The notes: generated by a model not told the origin, from the letters alone. 64,000 nucleotides of DNA from Candidatus Poribacteria bacterium (GCA_965205015.1 OZ242029.1:2048001-2112000), one strand, 5' to 3'; positions 30,148-40,065 are shown, counted from the first letter of the stretch. Numbers and translations: made by a program.

Positions 30148-30588
30148 ATGAAAACATGCTTTTTTTTCTCTATCCTCTTTTGTATAATTACGGTGCCTGC
30201 TTTCGGTGCGCTAACCGATGCTGACTTTGATAAGATCCGCTTGATCGTCAAAGAGGAAGTCAAGGCAGAGATTGAGAGTTCTGAAAAACGGATGAAAACA
30301 TATATTGATACCAAAATTGAGGCGGTTAATGTCAAAATTGATGCTGTTAATACCAAAGTTGATGGCGTTGAGGAACGTTTGGGTAACAGAATTGATAGCG
30401 TTGAGAAACAGATGACGTTCCTGCTGAATGTCATCTATGGATTGATCGCCTTGATTATCATAGCGATAGGTATCCCACAAGTCATCATAGGATGGCGGAG
30501 CAAAAGAGACCACTCGCTTGAAAATCGGATAGAAACGCTCACACAAGAGATCGAAACCCTCAAACGACAGCACATCGTCAAACCCTAA
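30148..30588 (+). CDS. Hypothetical protein: signal peptide, coiled coil, TM helix
   Basis: AGGAG RBS; N-terminal hydrophobic segment ending AFGA; KIDAVN-type heptads; TM near the C-terminus. Confidence 0.65.
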   Translation: MKTCFFFSILFCIITVPAFGALTDADFDKIRLIVKEEVKAEIESSEKRMKTYIDTKIEAVNVKIDAVNTKVDGVEERLGNRIDSVEKQMTFLLNVIYGLIALIIIAIGIPQVIIGWRSKRDHSLENRIETLTQEIETLKRQHIVKP

Positions 30589-30595
30589 CAAACAG

Positions 30596-31438
30596 ATGTA
30601 TCCAACACTTATTGATTTCGGTCCCTTTGGTATCCATTCTTACGGATTGATGTTAGCCACGGCGTTTATTACAGTCGTCTTTGTTATACAATCCGAGTTA
30701 AAGCGCCGCGGTTTTGTCCCGGAACTCGCCTCGACGATCGTCATGGCTGCAGCGATCGGTGGCATTGTCGGCGCGAAAATCTATTATGTGTTACTCGACG
30801 GTCAAATCACTTTCCACGAACTCTTCTCAACGGGCGGGTTAGTCTGGTATGGCGGTTTCATCGGTGGATGTCTCGCCGTTATTATCGTGGTGCTCCGTTC
30901 TCCGAACCCGTTCTTACCTACAATTGACATCGTCGGTCCGACAGTCGTCCTTGGATACGGTATCGGGCGGATCGGGTGTTTCCTCGCGGGGGATGGCGAC
31001 TACGGACCCCCGTCAGATCTACCTTGGGCAATGGCGTTCCCGAACGGCACTGTCCCGACCGATGTTCCTGTCCATCCGACGCCTATATATGAGACGCTGA
31101 TGGCATTCACATTTTTCGGTATTCTCTGGTCGCAACGCCGTAAGTTTGAGTCGACGCCCGGTGCACTGTTCGGTGCGAGTCTGGTCGCGTTGGGGGTGGA
31201 GCGGTTTATTGCCGAGTTTTGGCGGCTCACACCGCGCGTCCTTGGATGGGTGTCAGCGGCGCAACTCTTCAGTATCGCGGCATTTGTTATGGGGATCGCG
31301 CTCATACTCTGGATGCGCAACCGGCCTCGCGTAGCGGAAAGCGAAGGGAGCTACCTCGCCGATGAAACCGGCGGCGGTGAAGGTCAGAAGTCGCGTCAAC
31401 AGCGTAGACGTGGCAGACGCCGCCAACGCCGGGGTTGA
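30596..31438 (+). CDS. lgt: Prolipoprotein diacylglyceryl transferase
   Basis: HSYG, GGLVWYGG, GRIGCFLAG, HPTPIYE, RFIAEFWR. Confidence 0.9.
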   Translation: MYPTLIDFGPFGIHSYGLMLATAFITVVFVIQSELKRRGFVPELASTIVMAAAIGGIVGAKIYYVLLDGQITFHELFSTGGLVWYGGFIGGCLAVIIVVLRSPNPFLPTIDIVGPTVVLGYGIGRIGCFLAGDGDYGPPSDLPWAMAFPNGTVPTDVPVHPTPIYETLMAFTFFGILWSQRRKFESTPGALFGASLVALGVERFIAEFWRLTPRVLGWVSAAQLFSIAAFVMGIALILWMRNRPRVAESEGSYLADETGGGEGQKSRQQRRRGRRRQRRG

Positions 31439-31480
31439 CAACCCTTATATACCTTAATATATAGAGGACCCTGAAAAAAC

Positions 31481-32221
31481 GTGCAAACAAAACGGATCTG
31501 TCTCTGGTCGGGACCGCGGAACGTCTCAACCGCACTGATGTACGCCTTCGCACAACGCAGCGATACCGAGGTCATTGACGAACCCCTCTATGCGCACTAT
31601 CTCTACACAAAATACGGGTCCCAGGCTCTCAAGAGTACACATCCCGCCACAGCGGAGGTGATGGCGTCCATGTCAACAGATGCCGGACACGTCATTGAAA
31701 AGGTGATCTTGGGTCCCTGTGAGAAACCCGTGCTTTTCATGAAACAGATGGCGCACCACCTCATCAACATCGACCTAAGTTTCCTCCAACACACCCACAA
31801 CGTCCTGCTCATCCGAGATCCACGAGAAATGCTCCCGTCTCTTGCAAAGATCATCGGGACACCCACACTCGCCGATACCGGGCTTAAAACACAATATGAT
31901 CTCTTAACCGACCTACGCGCCGCGGGGCACTCCCCTCCGATTCTCGACGCTCGACTCCTATTGGAAAACCCCTCCCCTGTTTTATCGCAATTGTGTGAGC
32001 AGCTCGGATTACAATTTGAGCGTTCGATGCTGTCTTGGGAGGCGGGTGGAAATCCTGCCGACGGTGTATGGGCACCGTATTGGTATGAGAACGTGCATCG
32101 GAGCACAGGGTTCGCGCCGTATCGCCCAAAATCGGAGCCGTTTCCGACCGAATTGGAGTCGGTTTTCGCGGTATGTTTGGCGTATTACGAGGCACTCTGT
32201 AAGGATGCGATTCGCCCGTAG
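31481..32221 (+). CDS. Sulfotransferase-like protein
   Basis: LWSGPRNVSTALMYAF, FMKQMAHH, LIRDP, W..YWY.NVH.STGF. Confidence 0.8.
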   Translation: MQTKRICLWSGPRNVSTALMYAFAQRSDTEVIDEPLYAHYLYTKYGSQALKSTHPATAEVMASMSTDAGHVIEKVILGPCEKPVLFMKQMAHHLINIDLSFLQHTHNVLLIRDPREMLPSLAKIIGTPTLADTGLKTQYDLLTDLRAAGHSPPILDARLLLENPSPVLSQLCEQLGLQFERSMLSWEAGGNPADGVWAPYWYENVHRSTGFAPYRPKSEPFPTELESVFAVCLAYYEALCKDAIRP

Positions 32222-32241
32222 CCACCACAGAAAATTAGTGC

Positions 32242-32270
32242 TTGACATCCAGTTCCTACTTCTGTATAAT
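32242..32270 (+). promoter_or_regulatory. Consensus sigma70 promoter
   Basis: TTGACA-17 bp-TATAAT, then GGAGG RBS and ATG 32291. Confidence 0.7.
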
Positions 32271-32290
32271 ATGATAAAGGGAGGATTTCC

Positions 32291-32728
32291 ATGGCGAATC
32301 ATTTCAACGACCTACTGCTACAGACCTTAAAACAGGTAAACGTCCGGCTGGATCGTCTTGATGGGCGCATGGACCGTCTTGATGGGCGCATGGACCGCTT
32401 GATGGAGACCAAAGCGGATCAGACAGTCCTTGACGCGACCAACGAAAAGTTGGATGCGCTTAGCGAAAAACTTGACACGAAAGCCGATAAGGCAGACCTT
32501 GATGCCCTTAGCGGAAAGGTGGATGCGCTTAGCGAAAAACTTGACACGAAAGCCGATAAAGCGGACCTCAACGCGACCAACGAAAAGTTGGATGTCCTTA
32601 GTGGAGATGTTAAGGATCTTGGGCACCGTATAGACCGTATTGAGGGTGGGATCGGGACCCTGAAATGGTTCATTGGGGCTGAAGTCGCTGTCATCGGCGT
32701 GATTCTCGCCTTCATTAAAGCGTGCTAA
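32291..32728 (+). CDS. Repeat-rich coiled-coil protein with a C-terminal TM helix
   Basis: 21-nt (RLDGRMD) and 69-nt (DALSEKLDTKADKADL...) internal repeats; hydrophobic C-terminus. Confidence 0.75.
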   Translation: MANHFNDLLLQTLKQVNVRLDRLDGRMDRLDGRMDRLMETKADQTVLDATNEKLDALSEKLDTKADKADLDALSGKVDALSEKLDTKADKADLNATNEKLDVLSGDVKDLGHRIDRIEGGIGTLKWFIGAEVAVIGVILAFIKAC

Positions 32729-32732
32729 TCTC

Positions 32733-35654
32733 CTACCGATCGTCTTCCGCCATCTTCTCAAGAATCTGTTCAAGGAGCCGATCACTATCGGCTTCCCGCT
32801 TACGGTATTGTTGGACTAACTCCGCCAACGTTGACGACTCCTCACCATTCACCGGCGTTTCGCCATTCGTCGGGATCCCCAACAGCAACATATCCAACGC
32901 CTCATCAAACGTCTGCGCCTGCACCGCCTCGAGCTCATTCGATCCCGCCTTCAGGACCACCATCTCTAACTTCGGACGCCGCGGCTTATCGTCATCGCCA
33001 TCTTCACCCTCCGGCTTCTTCGCTTGCAGGTAAATCGCCTCGAGATAGAACAGTGCGTCCTCAATCGGGATAATCAGTAGATTGCCCCGAATCACATCGC
33101 TCGTGGTTTGCCAGCCGCGCTGTTGATCGCCGGTTTTTTTGTTAATATCGTCCTCGACCTGTGTCGGTCCGGCGACCCCTGCGTTCTCAGGAAGCACATA
33201 AACGATCCGCTCACCGTAATGGGGTTGATCACAGCGGGCGACCATCCACGCCTTCAACTGCTTCTCGCGGTCCCGCGGCGCGAACGGGATCATATTCACA
33301 AACTCGATTTTCTCCTCACCCGGCAACTTCAGCATAGCGTAGTAGGGCATCATCTCCTGATCCGCTTCCGAGGAGTAATACGCCTCTTTCGGTATCGACC
33401 ACGGGTTCGTATCGTCATAAAAACCGCTCGCTTGCCGATAATAATCGCCGTAGAGTCGCGCTTGAATCCGGGTCAGGTAATCGGGGTACCGCAAGTGCGC
33501 TGCCAGCCCCTCCGGCATTTCCGATAGCGATTTAAAGAGATTTGGAAACGCTTTCTGGTAGGTCTGCATCACGGCTTCATCCGCCTCATTTTTCTTAATG
33601 GCATAGAAATCCACCGCACCCGTATAAGCGTTGACGACAGCGACACCGGCATTCCGGATGTAGTTGAACGTATCGAAATCCGGTTCCTCATATAACGCAC
33701 TGTCTGTCAGTTGCGTCTTATCGTCCACATACATCTGGGCGTTCGGGTGATACCGGCTCGTCACATAGAAGTCAATGATCCAATACAACTGTTCGTTGTT
33801 AATCACGATATACGGGTCAGGGTCGTAGTTCAGGAAGGGGGCTATATAGGAGACCCGGTCTTTAACGAGACGGTCATTTCGGCGGGTGCCGATCCTTCGA
33901 CGGAACATGATGCGGCTCTCTGGGGTCAACTTCTCCGAGATAAGGATGGGGAGGAAATCGAATCGGAGGGCGAAACAGAGACGGCGGAACCAACCGCCTA
34001 AAGGCACACCCCCGTCACCCTGGTAAGTATGCTGCATCCATTCAGGTATTTCTGGTGCTGCGACACCGGCGGGGCTTTCGGTATCCACGGTGCGATCGGC
34101 ACGATTCGCAGCGCGGTCGGTGTTGACAATCATGTAATTGCGGATCATCTCCCCGTAGTAAATCTGCGGATATGCGACCTCGAGTTCTTCGTATTCACTC
34201 ACGATTGGCGTATCCTTGACCCAAAGTTTCGGTAACCCTTCGCCAACGAACTCGTTCACGGGTGCGACACACACGCCATACCCGTGCGTAAAGGAGCGGA
34301 GATCCGTTTTCAAGCGATCCCAGCCCGTAATATCGTCGTTGGGATCAATTTCACGGGCGGCTATCAGGACCTGCCGATATTCACCGTCGACTGTGTATCT
34401 ATCGACATCGGTATAGGGGTGGAAATTGTAATGCGGCTTAATCTGCCTGTCTCGGAGCGCCTCATACAGCACGCGTCGATCCCAAATCTGGATATTGCTC
34501 TTGACCTCGGCGTTCTCCGTTATCATCTCCAGCGTTGCGATGCCAGGTGCTTGGTCGACCCTCACGATCTCATTGAGATCAAAGGCGCGACGCGTCTCTT
34601 CAATATGCCGCTGTAGATACCGTCCCTCTTTGAGAAACGGCTCCACACGCATCCGCACGGTATGGAGTCCCAACGGATATACGTGAATCAACAGCACATA
34701 ACTCAATCCCCAGATGGCGCCAGTCGCATACCATAACAACCGTTTCCGCCAGAACATATTCGCCACGATAACGATCGCGACGCCTATCAGCACACCGCAA
34801 TAAAGTTTCGTGGCACCTGCGAGGTGAAAGTCGACGTAAAATAAGCCGTGGAGGGTCCGCAACCCATTCGTCAGGGGTTTCGTATAGACTTTGTCCCAGA
34901 GGTTCACATAACTCCGCCACCCCCCGACGAGCAGAAGCAACAGCCATAAAACCGAACCGTGGAAGATGATATGTCGCTTCACACGTGCCATTGTATGTGC
35001 GTCTCGACGGTAATAGAAATGATACAGCAACCCAACGACAACACAGGTTACCCACAGCATTATCTCTATCCAGAGGCTCACCCATCGGTGGAGCGGGAAA
35101 CTGAAGAGATAGAAATTCCGGTCCATCCCGAAATGGAGGGACCCGTCCGCTGCTACCGACTCGGGCTGGTTCAAGTACCGAAGCACGATATCGTCCAAGA
35201 GGAGCATCGGTCCTGCGAGCAGGAGTGCCGCAACCAGCGTGATACAGATGACCATTCGATGGAAAGAGAAGGTCTGCGTATGTGTCCACCGCCGAAACTC
35301 GCGGGATTCTGGACACAATATATGTGCGATCGCCGTGTTAGCGTTCATAAATCCAGCGGCGACGATGAAACAGACACCAAAGATACCCCATCGGACCTTC
35401 TGGAATCCCCAGAACGCATCGGCGTATCCGACGTGTTCGAACCAGAGGTGTTCTGTATAGAGATGCGCCAAGGGGATGAAGCAGCTGAGCGCGATGAACG
35501 CGCTGAGTGTCCAGAGCAGATACGCTTGTAATTTGTTATGAACACCGCGCCGCCAGTAACCGCTCCGTCGGTACCGAAGGATGCCCCATATTAAGGTAAC
35601 ACCGATAAGGAGTGTACTTAAAAGTAACTGTGCAATGGCAAGGTCTGCTGTCAT
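32733..35654 (-). CDS. UPF0182-family membrane protein
   Basis: YTEHLWF..VGY, DVDRY, FTHGYG, IYYGE, DPDPY, NYIRN, VIRGNLLIIPI. Confidence 0.9.
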   Translation of the reverse strand: MTADLAIAQLLLSTLLIGVTLIWGILRYRRSGYWRRGVHNKLQAYLLWTLSAFIALSCFIPLAHLYTEHLWFEHVGYADAFWGFQKVRWGIFGVCFIVAAGFMNANTAIAHILCPESREFRRWTHTQTFSFHRMVICITLVAALLLAGPMLLLDDIVLRYLNQPESVAADGSLHFGMDRNFYLFSFPLHRWVSLWIEIMLWVTCVVVGLLYHFYYRRDAHTMARVKRHIIFHGSVLWLLLLLVGGWRSYVNLWDKVYTKPLTNGLRTLHGLFYVDFHLAGATKLYCGVLIGVAIVIVANMFWRKRLLWYATGAIWGLSYVLLIHVYPLGLHTVRMRVEPFLKEGRYLQRHIEETRRAFDLNEIVRVDQAPGIATLEMITENAEVKSNIQIWDRRVLYEALRDRQIKPHYNFHPYTDVDRYTVDGEYRQVLIAAREIDPNDDITGWDRLKTDLRSFTHGYGVCVAPVNEFVGEGLPKLWVKDTPIVSEYEELEVAYPQIYYGEMIRNYMIVNTDRAANRADRTVDTESPAGVAAPEIPEWMQHTYQGDGGVPLGGWFRRLCFALRFDFLPILISEKLTPESRIMFRRRIGTRRNDRLVKDRVSYIAPFLNYDPDPYIVINNEQLYWIIDFYVTSRYHPNAQMYVDDKTQLTDSALYEEPDFDTFNYIRNAGVAVVNAYTGAVDFYAIKKNEADEAVMQTYQKAFPNLFKSLSEMPEGLAAHLRYPDYLTRIQARLYGDYYRQASGFYDDTNPWSIPKEAYYSSEADQEMMPYYAMLKLPGEEKIEFVNMIPFAPRDREKQLKAWMVARCDQPHYGERIVYVLPENAGVAGPTQVEDDINKKTGDQQRGWQTTSDVIRGNLLIIPIEDALFYLEAIYLQAKKPEGEDGDDDKPRRPKLEMVVLKAGSNELEAVQAQTFDEALDMLLLGIPTNGETPVNGEESSTLAELVQQYRKREADSDRLLEQILEKMAEDDR

Positions 35655-35740
35655 GGTGAATCGTCTCCTTGTAAAACATTATAGCATAGGTACGCTGGAA
35701 TCCGCAAATTTGGCAATTCGTCATTCTGACAAAAAATTAT

Positions 35741-36044
35741 TTGACAAAAAACATCTGTTACGCTATAATTAATACCAATACAACCGCAAAAACGCCGAAA
35801 TACGCGTTTTTCGCACCCTGATGAAAGAAAATACTTGACAAAAATACCCGATTTCTGTAAAATTGCAAATATGCGAAAAAGATGTTGACTTTTTTTCGTA
35901 ACTATTTTACAATTATAGGTGTTAATAAAGGGCATAGAAAACATGGAGTCCCCACTCCTCGCCAAAAACCGAGAAGCGGAACGCTCCAACACCACATACG
36001 TTTTTCAAGAAAAATTTGACAAAAGACGCAACTTAAGATACAAT
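35741..36044 (+). promoter_or_regulatory. Stack of four near-consensus sigma70 promoters
   Basis: TTGACA/TATAAT (35741), TTGACA/TAAAAT (35835), TTGACT/TACAAT (35885), TTGACA/TACAAT (36016), all with 17-bp spacing. Confidence 0.65.
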
Positions 36045-36123
36045 ATTAACGAACGTGTCTCTTAGGGGCGTAAGGATTGGGAAAACCTAACAAGATTCTC
36101 AAAACGTATTTACCCTTAACACT

Positions 36124-36467
36124 GTTTATACAAGCGGTTTGGCGCAACCGATAGCGATGTCCCTACACCGCTGTAAATCGAGGACCCCAAACCCAAATTT
36201 CCAAGCGTGTTTTGAAAAAATACCAACTACCTCGGTAGGGACGGTTTCCGAACCGCACTGGATTTTGGCAACACGCACTCAAGGTTAGTTCAGAATAGAT
36301 TTCATCCCTGAAAAATCTATTCTTGCTGTTTGATACAGAAGCACACGATGTGATGTGTGCGGGGGCACTTATCCCTACTGCCCCGTGATTGTTGATAAGA
36401 ATGTTTTTTAGTTTGATTTAAATGGAGGAACATTAGTAATGTTCTATCGTCAATGGACACTTTCCTT
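36124..36467 (+). repeat. ~345-bp structured leader, copy 1 (copy 2 at 39643-39984)
   Basis: Near-identical direct repeat with several hairpins, ending in a GGAGGA RBS and ATG. Confidence 0.85.
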
Positions 36468-36622
36468 AACAAGTTTACTTTTAATAGAACTTACGCAGCT
36501 TGCTCATTTTCGTGCGATCTTTGGTTCATAGTAGCGCAATGGCGCAAGTCGCGTGTGGACTTGCGGGACAATGCGCCTGCTTGTGTTCTAAACAATCAAT
36601 TTCGTCGTGGAATCTAAATTTG

Positions 36623-38031
36623 CTAAAGTTTGGACAATTTTAAAGAATTAAGATGTTTGAAAGCAGAAAAGCAGGTATCCTTTCATAAACATACCACTGT
36701 TTTGAAAGGAAGGCAAAAATGCCCCTGCTTCTCCACTTAGAAAGTATTGTATCGGATTTTCGTCATTTGTTCAATCAACAAAACTTTGCGCTTTTTCAAG
36801 CATTTATTTTTGGGTTTATGACTCAACCGCCTGGAGGCAGCCTGACGCACCTGTATCAGTCGAGTGGATCCGCGACACGCTATTGGTCGTTTCCGAAGTT
36901 TCTTTCCCGGGGCAAATGGGATACCGATGCGGTTGCTGCGTGCCTGATGAAAAGGCTCCAGGGCGTGTTTGCCGACTGGGTTTACGTCTATGATGCCACC
37001 AAAGCCTTGAAGACGGGTAAAACCCAATGGGGTTTACATTTTTTCCGCAACTTCAGTTATCACGGTAAACATCGCGTGAATCAATCAAAGTTTCACTTCG
37101 GACACGAGTTTGGGGCATTAGGTTTACTCTGCGAGACAGCGGCAGATTGGTTGCTGTTTCCGGTCTGGGTGAAACTCATTGCACCTCAGACGCTCCGGGA
37201 CAAAGGTGATGCGGTGTTGAAACGTATCTGTTCGAAGATCCCCCGGGGGTTGATCCTCTTTGATAGAGGGTTCTGCCGCCGCAAAGTCTTTGAAATGCTC
37301 TTGGAACTCGGACATCATCTGTTGTGTCGTGCGAAGTCAAATGCGGTGTTTTATCGTTTACCGAAACGTCCCAAGCGCCCCCAGCGCGGGCGTCCGAAGA
37401 AATATGGAGACCGTTTGAACATCCAACGCTTACGGTATCAAGACGTTTGCATCCTGGAAAAAACGTATCAGGTCGCCTCAGAGGTCGTTCGGACGAAAAT
37501 GTGTCCGACAGACGTCCGACTCGTCGTGATACGCACCCGAGTCAAACCCTCAAAACCGTATCGGTATTTCTGTGTCTTTACAACAGATATGACCTTGGAG
37601 CTCCCGAAGATCGTTGAATACTACCGGCAGAGGTGGCAGATAGAAACAGCGTTTCGAGATGCGAAGCAGCATTTCGGATTTGATGCCTATCGGGTCAAGT
37701 CTCGCAAAAGCATCAATCGCTTCGTGCAGCTGAGTTTCGTCGCAGCTTCGCTGACGAAGTTGGTCTTCTTGAAGTTTGGGTCTCGGCATCCCTCGGATCG
37801 CGTGAGCGTCAAAGAGGTCTGCGAGCATCTCGGGATTCACTGGTATCATCCGAGGCACCTGACGCAAGGGTTACGGGTCGCTTATTTACAGTCGCACCTC
37901 AGAGCGTTGGAATATTCTGCGAGTTCCCAAGAAGAGACCAACTCACAGAATATTCATCCCATATCTGAACACGATACCACGCTACCTTTCGACAAAGCAG
38001 CTTGAAACTTACAATATTGTCCAAACTTTAG
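36623..38031 (+). mobile_element. Complete IS element (IS4/IS701-like), 1409 bp
   Basis: 16-bp perfect terminal IR CTAAAGTTTGGACAAT; 8-bp target duplication TAAATTTG at 36615-36622 and 38032-38039. Confidence 0.88.
36719..38005 (+). CDS. DDE transposase (IS4/IS701-like)
   Basis: YDAT, FDRGF and the Y-2-R-3-E-6-K motif YRQRWQIETAFRDAK; RGRPKKYG. Confidence 0.9.
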   Translation: MPLLLHLESIVSDFRHLFNQQNFALFQAFIFGFMTQPPGGSLTHLYQSSGSATRYWSFPKFLSRGKWDTDAVAACLMKRLQGVFADWVYVYDATKALKTGKTQWGLHFFRNFSYHGKHRVNQSKFHFGHEFGALGLLCETAADWLLFPVWVKLIAPQTLRDKGDAVLKRICSKIPRGLILFDRGFCRRKVFEMLLELGHHLLCRAKSNAVFYRLPKRPKRPQRGRPKKYGDRLNIQRLRYQDVCILEKTYQVASEVVRTKMCPTDVRLVVIRTRVKPSKPYRYFCVFTTDMTLELPKIVEYYRQRWQIETAFRDAKQHFGFDAYRVKSRKSINRFVQLSFVAASLTKLVFLKFGSRHPSDRVSVKEVCEHLGIHWYHPRHLTQGLRVAYLQSHLRALEYSASSQEETNSQNIHPISEHDTTLPFDKAA

Positions 38032-38362
38032 TAAATTTGCGTAAGTCCTGTTTAATATTGGTGTTTGCGTTGATTGCGTCTCCCACTATGGCGCAATTTG
38101 ATGTGACGCTCACGGCGGATCCCGTCAATAAGGTAGAGGTTGCGGATCCGTCAGTTACCCTTGCTACTTAGGGGTTTCACGGTATTTTGTAGGATCCTCT
38201 CTACAAATGTCGCCCCTACGGGGCTTGGTCTATATTCGACCTGATCTTCTCCATATAGGTATCATATCGAAAAAATAGTTGGGATTTAGGCCAAACCCCT
38301 TGTGTAACGTGAGTTTGAAAAAAATCGTTGATATTTTCCGGGATCCCATATATAATACGAGT

Positions 38363-39244
38363 ATGGCACACTTCGATGAGCTGTTCAAACATTTGGCGGA
38401 TTACGCCCCCAATCCACTCGCGGCCTTAGCACTGAATACATCAAACGTGGAAGTCGGGGCTCCGCTGAACACCGAGCAAGCCACGGTTAAGATGCATCAC
38501 AGCGATATGACGTTTCAGATCTGGCTGCCTGACAAAAAGGAGAACGCCATTCTCCATATAGAGGCACAAACCGACGAGAGCCGCGAGAAACCGATGCCAC
38601 TCCGGGTTCTGATGTATTCCAGTTTTCTGGCGCACCAGCATGAGAAAAATGTCTATTCCGCAGTTTTCTATCTTCGTCCGCCTGCGGGACAAACAGACTC
38701 AGGATACTACGAGTATGGAGACGAGGTAATGGGTGGCTTACGGTTGAAATATAATGTCATCCGTATGTATGAGTTAGAAGGCGAAGGGTTCTTAGATCGC
38801 AGTGTTGTAGGGCTCCTACCGTTCACACCCTTGATGCGGCCCCCTTCTGGGATGACTTCTCAAGCTTGGGTGGAAACGTGTATAGAGACGACAAAATCCG
38901 CCCCGGTAGACCGTCAGACGCGGGGGACGTTATTATATACGCTCTCGGTTTTTGGAGCGTTAGTGCATCCGCCTGAACTTTTTCAGGATCCAGTATTGGA
39001 GGCAATCATGCAAGAATCTCCTATTTACGAACGCGTGATCCAACGCGGCATAGAACAAGGAGCGCGCCAAGCGATGATTGAGAACATCTTAGCAGTCCTT
39101 CGTGCGCGGTTCACAGATGTCGATGTCAGCGTCCTGATCCCTAGGCTTCAAGCGATTGAGGATCTCAACCGTCTCAAGCGGTTGAATCTCACTGCTTCCT
39201 TAGTCAATAGTTTCCGCACATTCCAAGAAGATTTCGATGCATAA
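38363..39244 (+). CDS. Rpn-family (PD-(D/E)XK) nuclease / putative transposase, copy 1
   Basis: FDELFK, HSD, LHIEAQT, MPLRVLMY, LLPFTPLM, MQESPIYE..IQRGIEQG; start reassigned to ATG 38363. Confidence 0.85.
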   Translation: MAHFDELFKHLADYAPNPLAALALNTSNVEVGAPLNTEQATVKMHHSDMTFQIWLPDKKENAILHIEAQTDESREKPMPLRVLMYSSFLAHQHEKNVYSAVFYLRPPAGQTDSGYYEYGDEVMGGLRLKYNVIRMYELEGEGFLDRSVVGLLPFTPLMRPPSGMTSQAWVETCIETTKSAPVDRQTRGTLLYTLSVFGALVHPPELFQDPVLEAIMQESPIYERVIQRGIEQGARQAMIENILAVLRARFTDVDVSVLIPRLQAIEDLNRLKRLNLTASLVNSFRTFQEDFDA

Positions 39245-39247
39245 CAG

Positions 39248-39341
39248 GTAGGGGTAGGTCTTGTGCCTACCCCGCTGTAGGGGTTTCCTAACCTCGTCGC
39301 TTTGCCTACCCCGCTGTAGAGGTTTCCTAACCTCGCCGCTT
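39248..39341 (+). repeat. GTAG-REP hairpin plus two 39-bp tandem units
   Basis: GTAG-GGGTAGG tcttgtg CCTACCC; TGCCTACCCCGCTGTAGRGGTTTCCTAACCTCGYCGCTT x2. Confidence 0.7.
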
Positions 39342-39387
39342 TGTGCGAAACCGGTCTTGTACCCACCCTCAGGAATTGCGAAAAAAT

Positions 39388-39635
39388 TTGACAAAAAATA
39401 CAGCCTACGATATAATATATCGGCGAAGAGGGTATCGCCTAACGACATCCGCTTGCTGACCGCCGATGGACCGACAGCCATCTACACATTATTTTTGAAG
39501 AAAAATTTGACACCATACCACAAATGTGGTATAATAATTACAGAATTGTGGTAAAATAGGCTTCTGAATTCTGACGTGGGCAGCACCCTATACCACAAAA
39601 AAGGACTTGACTTTTTTTCGTAACTCGTTTACAAT
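39388..39635 (+). promoter_or_regulatory. Stack of three sigma70 promoters
   Basis: TTGACA/TATAAT (39388), TTGACA/TATAAT (39507), TTGACT/TACAAT (39607), all with 17-bp spacing. Confidence 0.65.
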
Positions 39636-39642
39636 TAACAAC

Positions 39643-39984
39643 GTTTATACAAATGGTTTGGCGCAACCGATAGCGATGTCCCTACACCGCTGTAAATCGA
39701 GACCCCCAAACCCAAATTCCCAAGCGTGTTTGAAAAGATACCAACGACTTCGGTAGGGTCTCTCACCCAACCGCACTGGATTTTGGCAACACGCACTAAG
39801 GTTAGTTCAGAATAGATTTTATCCCTGAAAAATCTATTCTTGCTGTTTGATACAGAAGCACACGATGTGATGTGTGCGGGGGCACTTATCCCTACTGCCC
39901 CGTGATTGTTGATAAGAATGTTTTTTAGTTTGATTTAAATGGAGGAACATTAGTAATATTCTATCGTCAATGGACATTTTCCTT
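39643..39984 (+). repeat. ~345-bp structured leader, copy 2 (ATG changed to ATA)
   Basis: Direct repeat of 36124-36467, joined to the rpn promoter. Confidence 0.85.
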
Positions 39985-40014
39985 TTCACAGTTGATATTT
40001 TCCGGGATCCCATA

Positions 40015-40065
40015 TATAATACGAGTATGGCTATAATACGAGTATGGCTATAATACGAGTATGGC
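40015..40065 (+). repeat. 3 x 17-bp tandem repeat TATAATACGAGTATGGC
   Basis: Exact triplication of the -10 box plus start codon; present once in rpn copy 1. Confidence 0.9.

Larger units (their letters stand above)
36485..38050. mobile_element. ~149-bp MITE (same ends as 7564-7656) interrupted by an IS
   Basis: TAGAACTTACGCA...TGCGTAAGTCCTG; target duplication TTTAA at 36480-36484 and 38051-38055. Confidence 0.75.
36439..38171 (+). pseudogene. Short signal-peptide gene (53 aa when rejoined) split by the MITE/IS insertion
   Basis: Removing 36485-38055 restores MFYRQWTLSLTSLLLILVFALIASPTMAQFDVTLTADPVNKVEVADPSVTLAT*. Confidence 0.7.
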
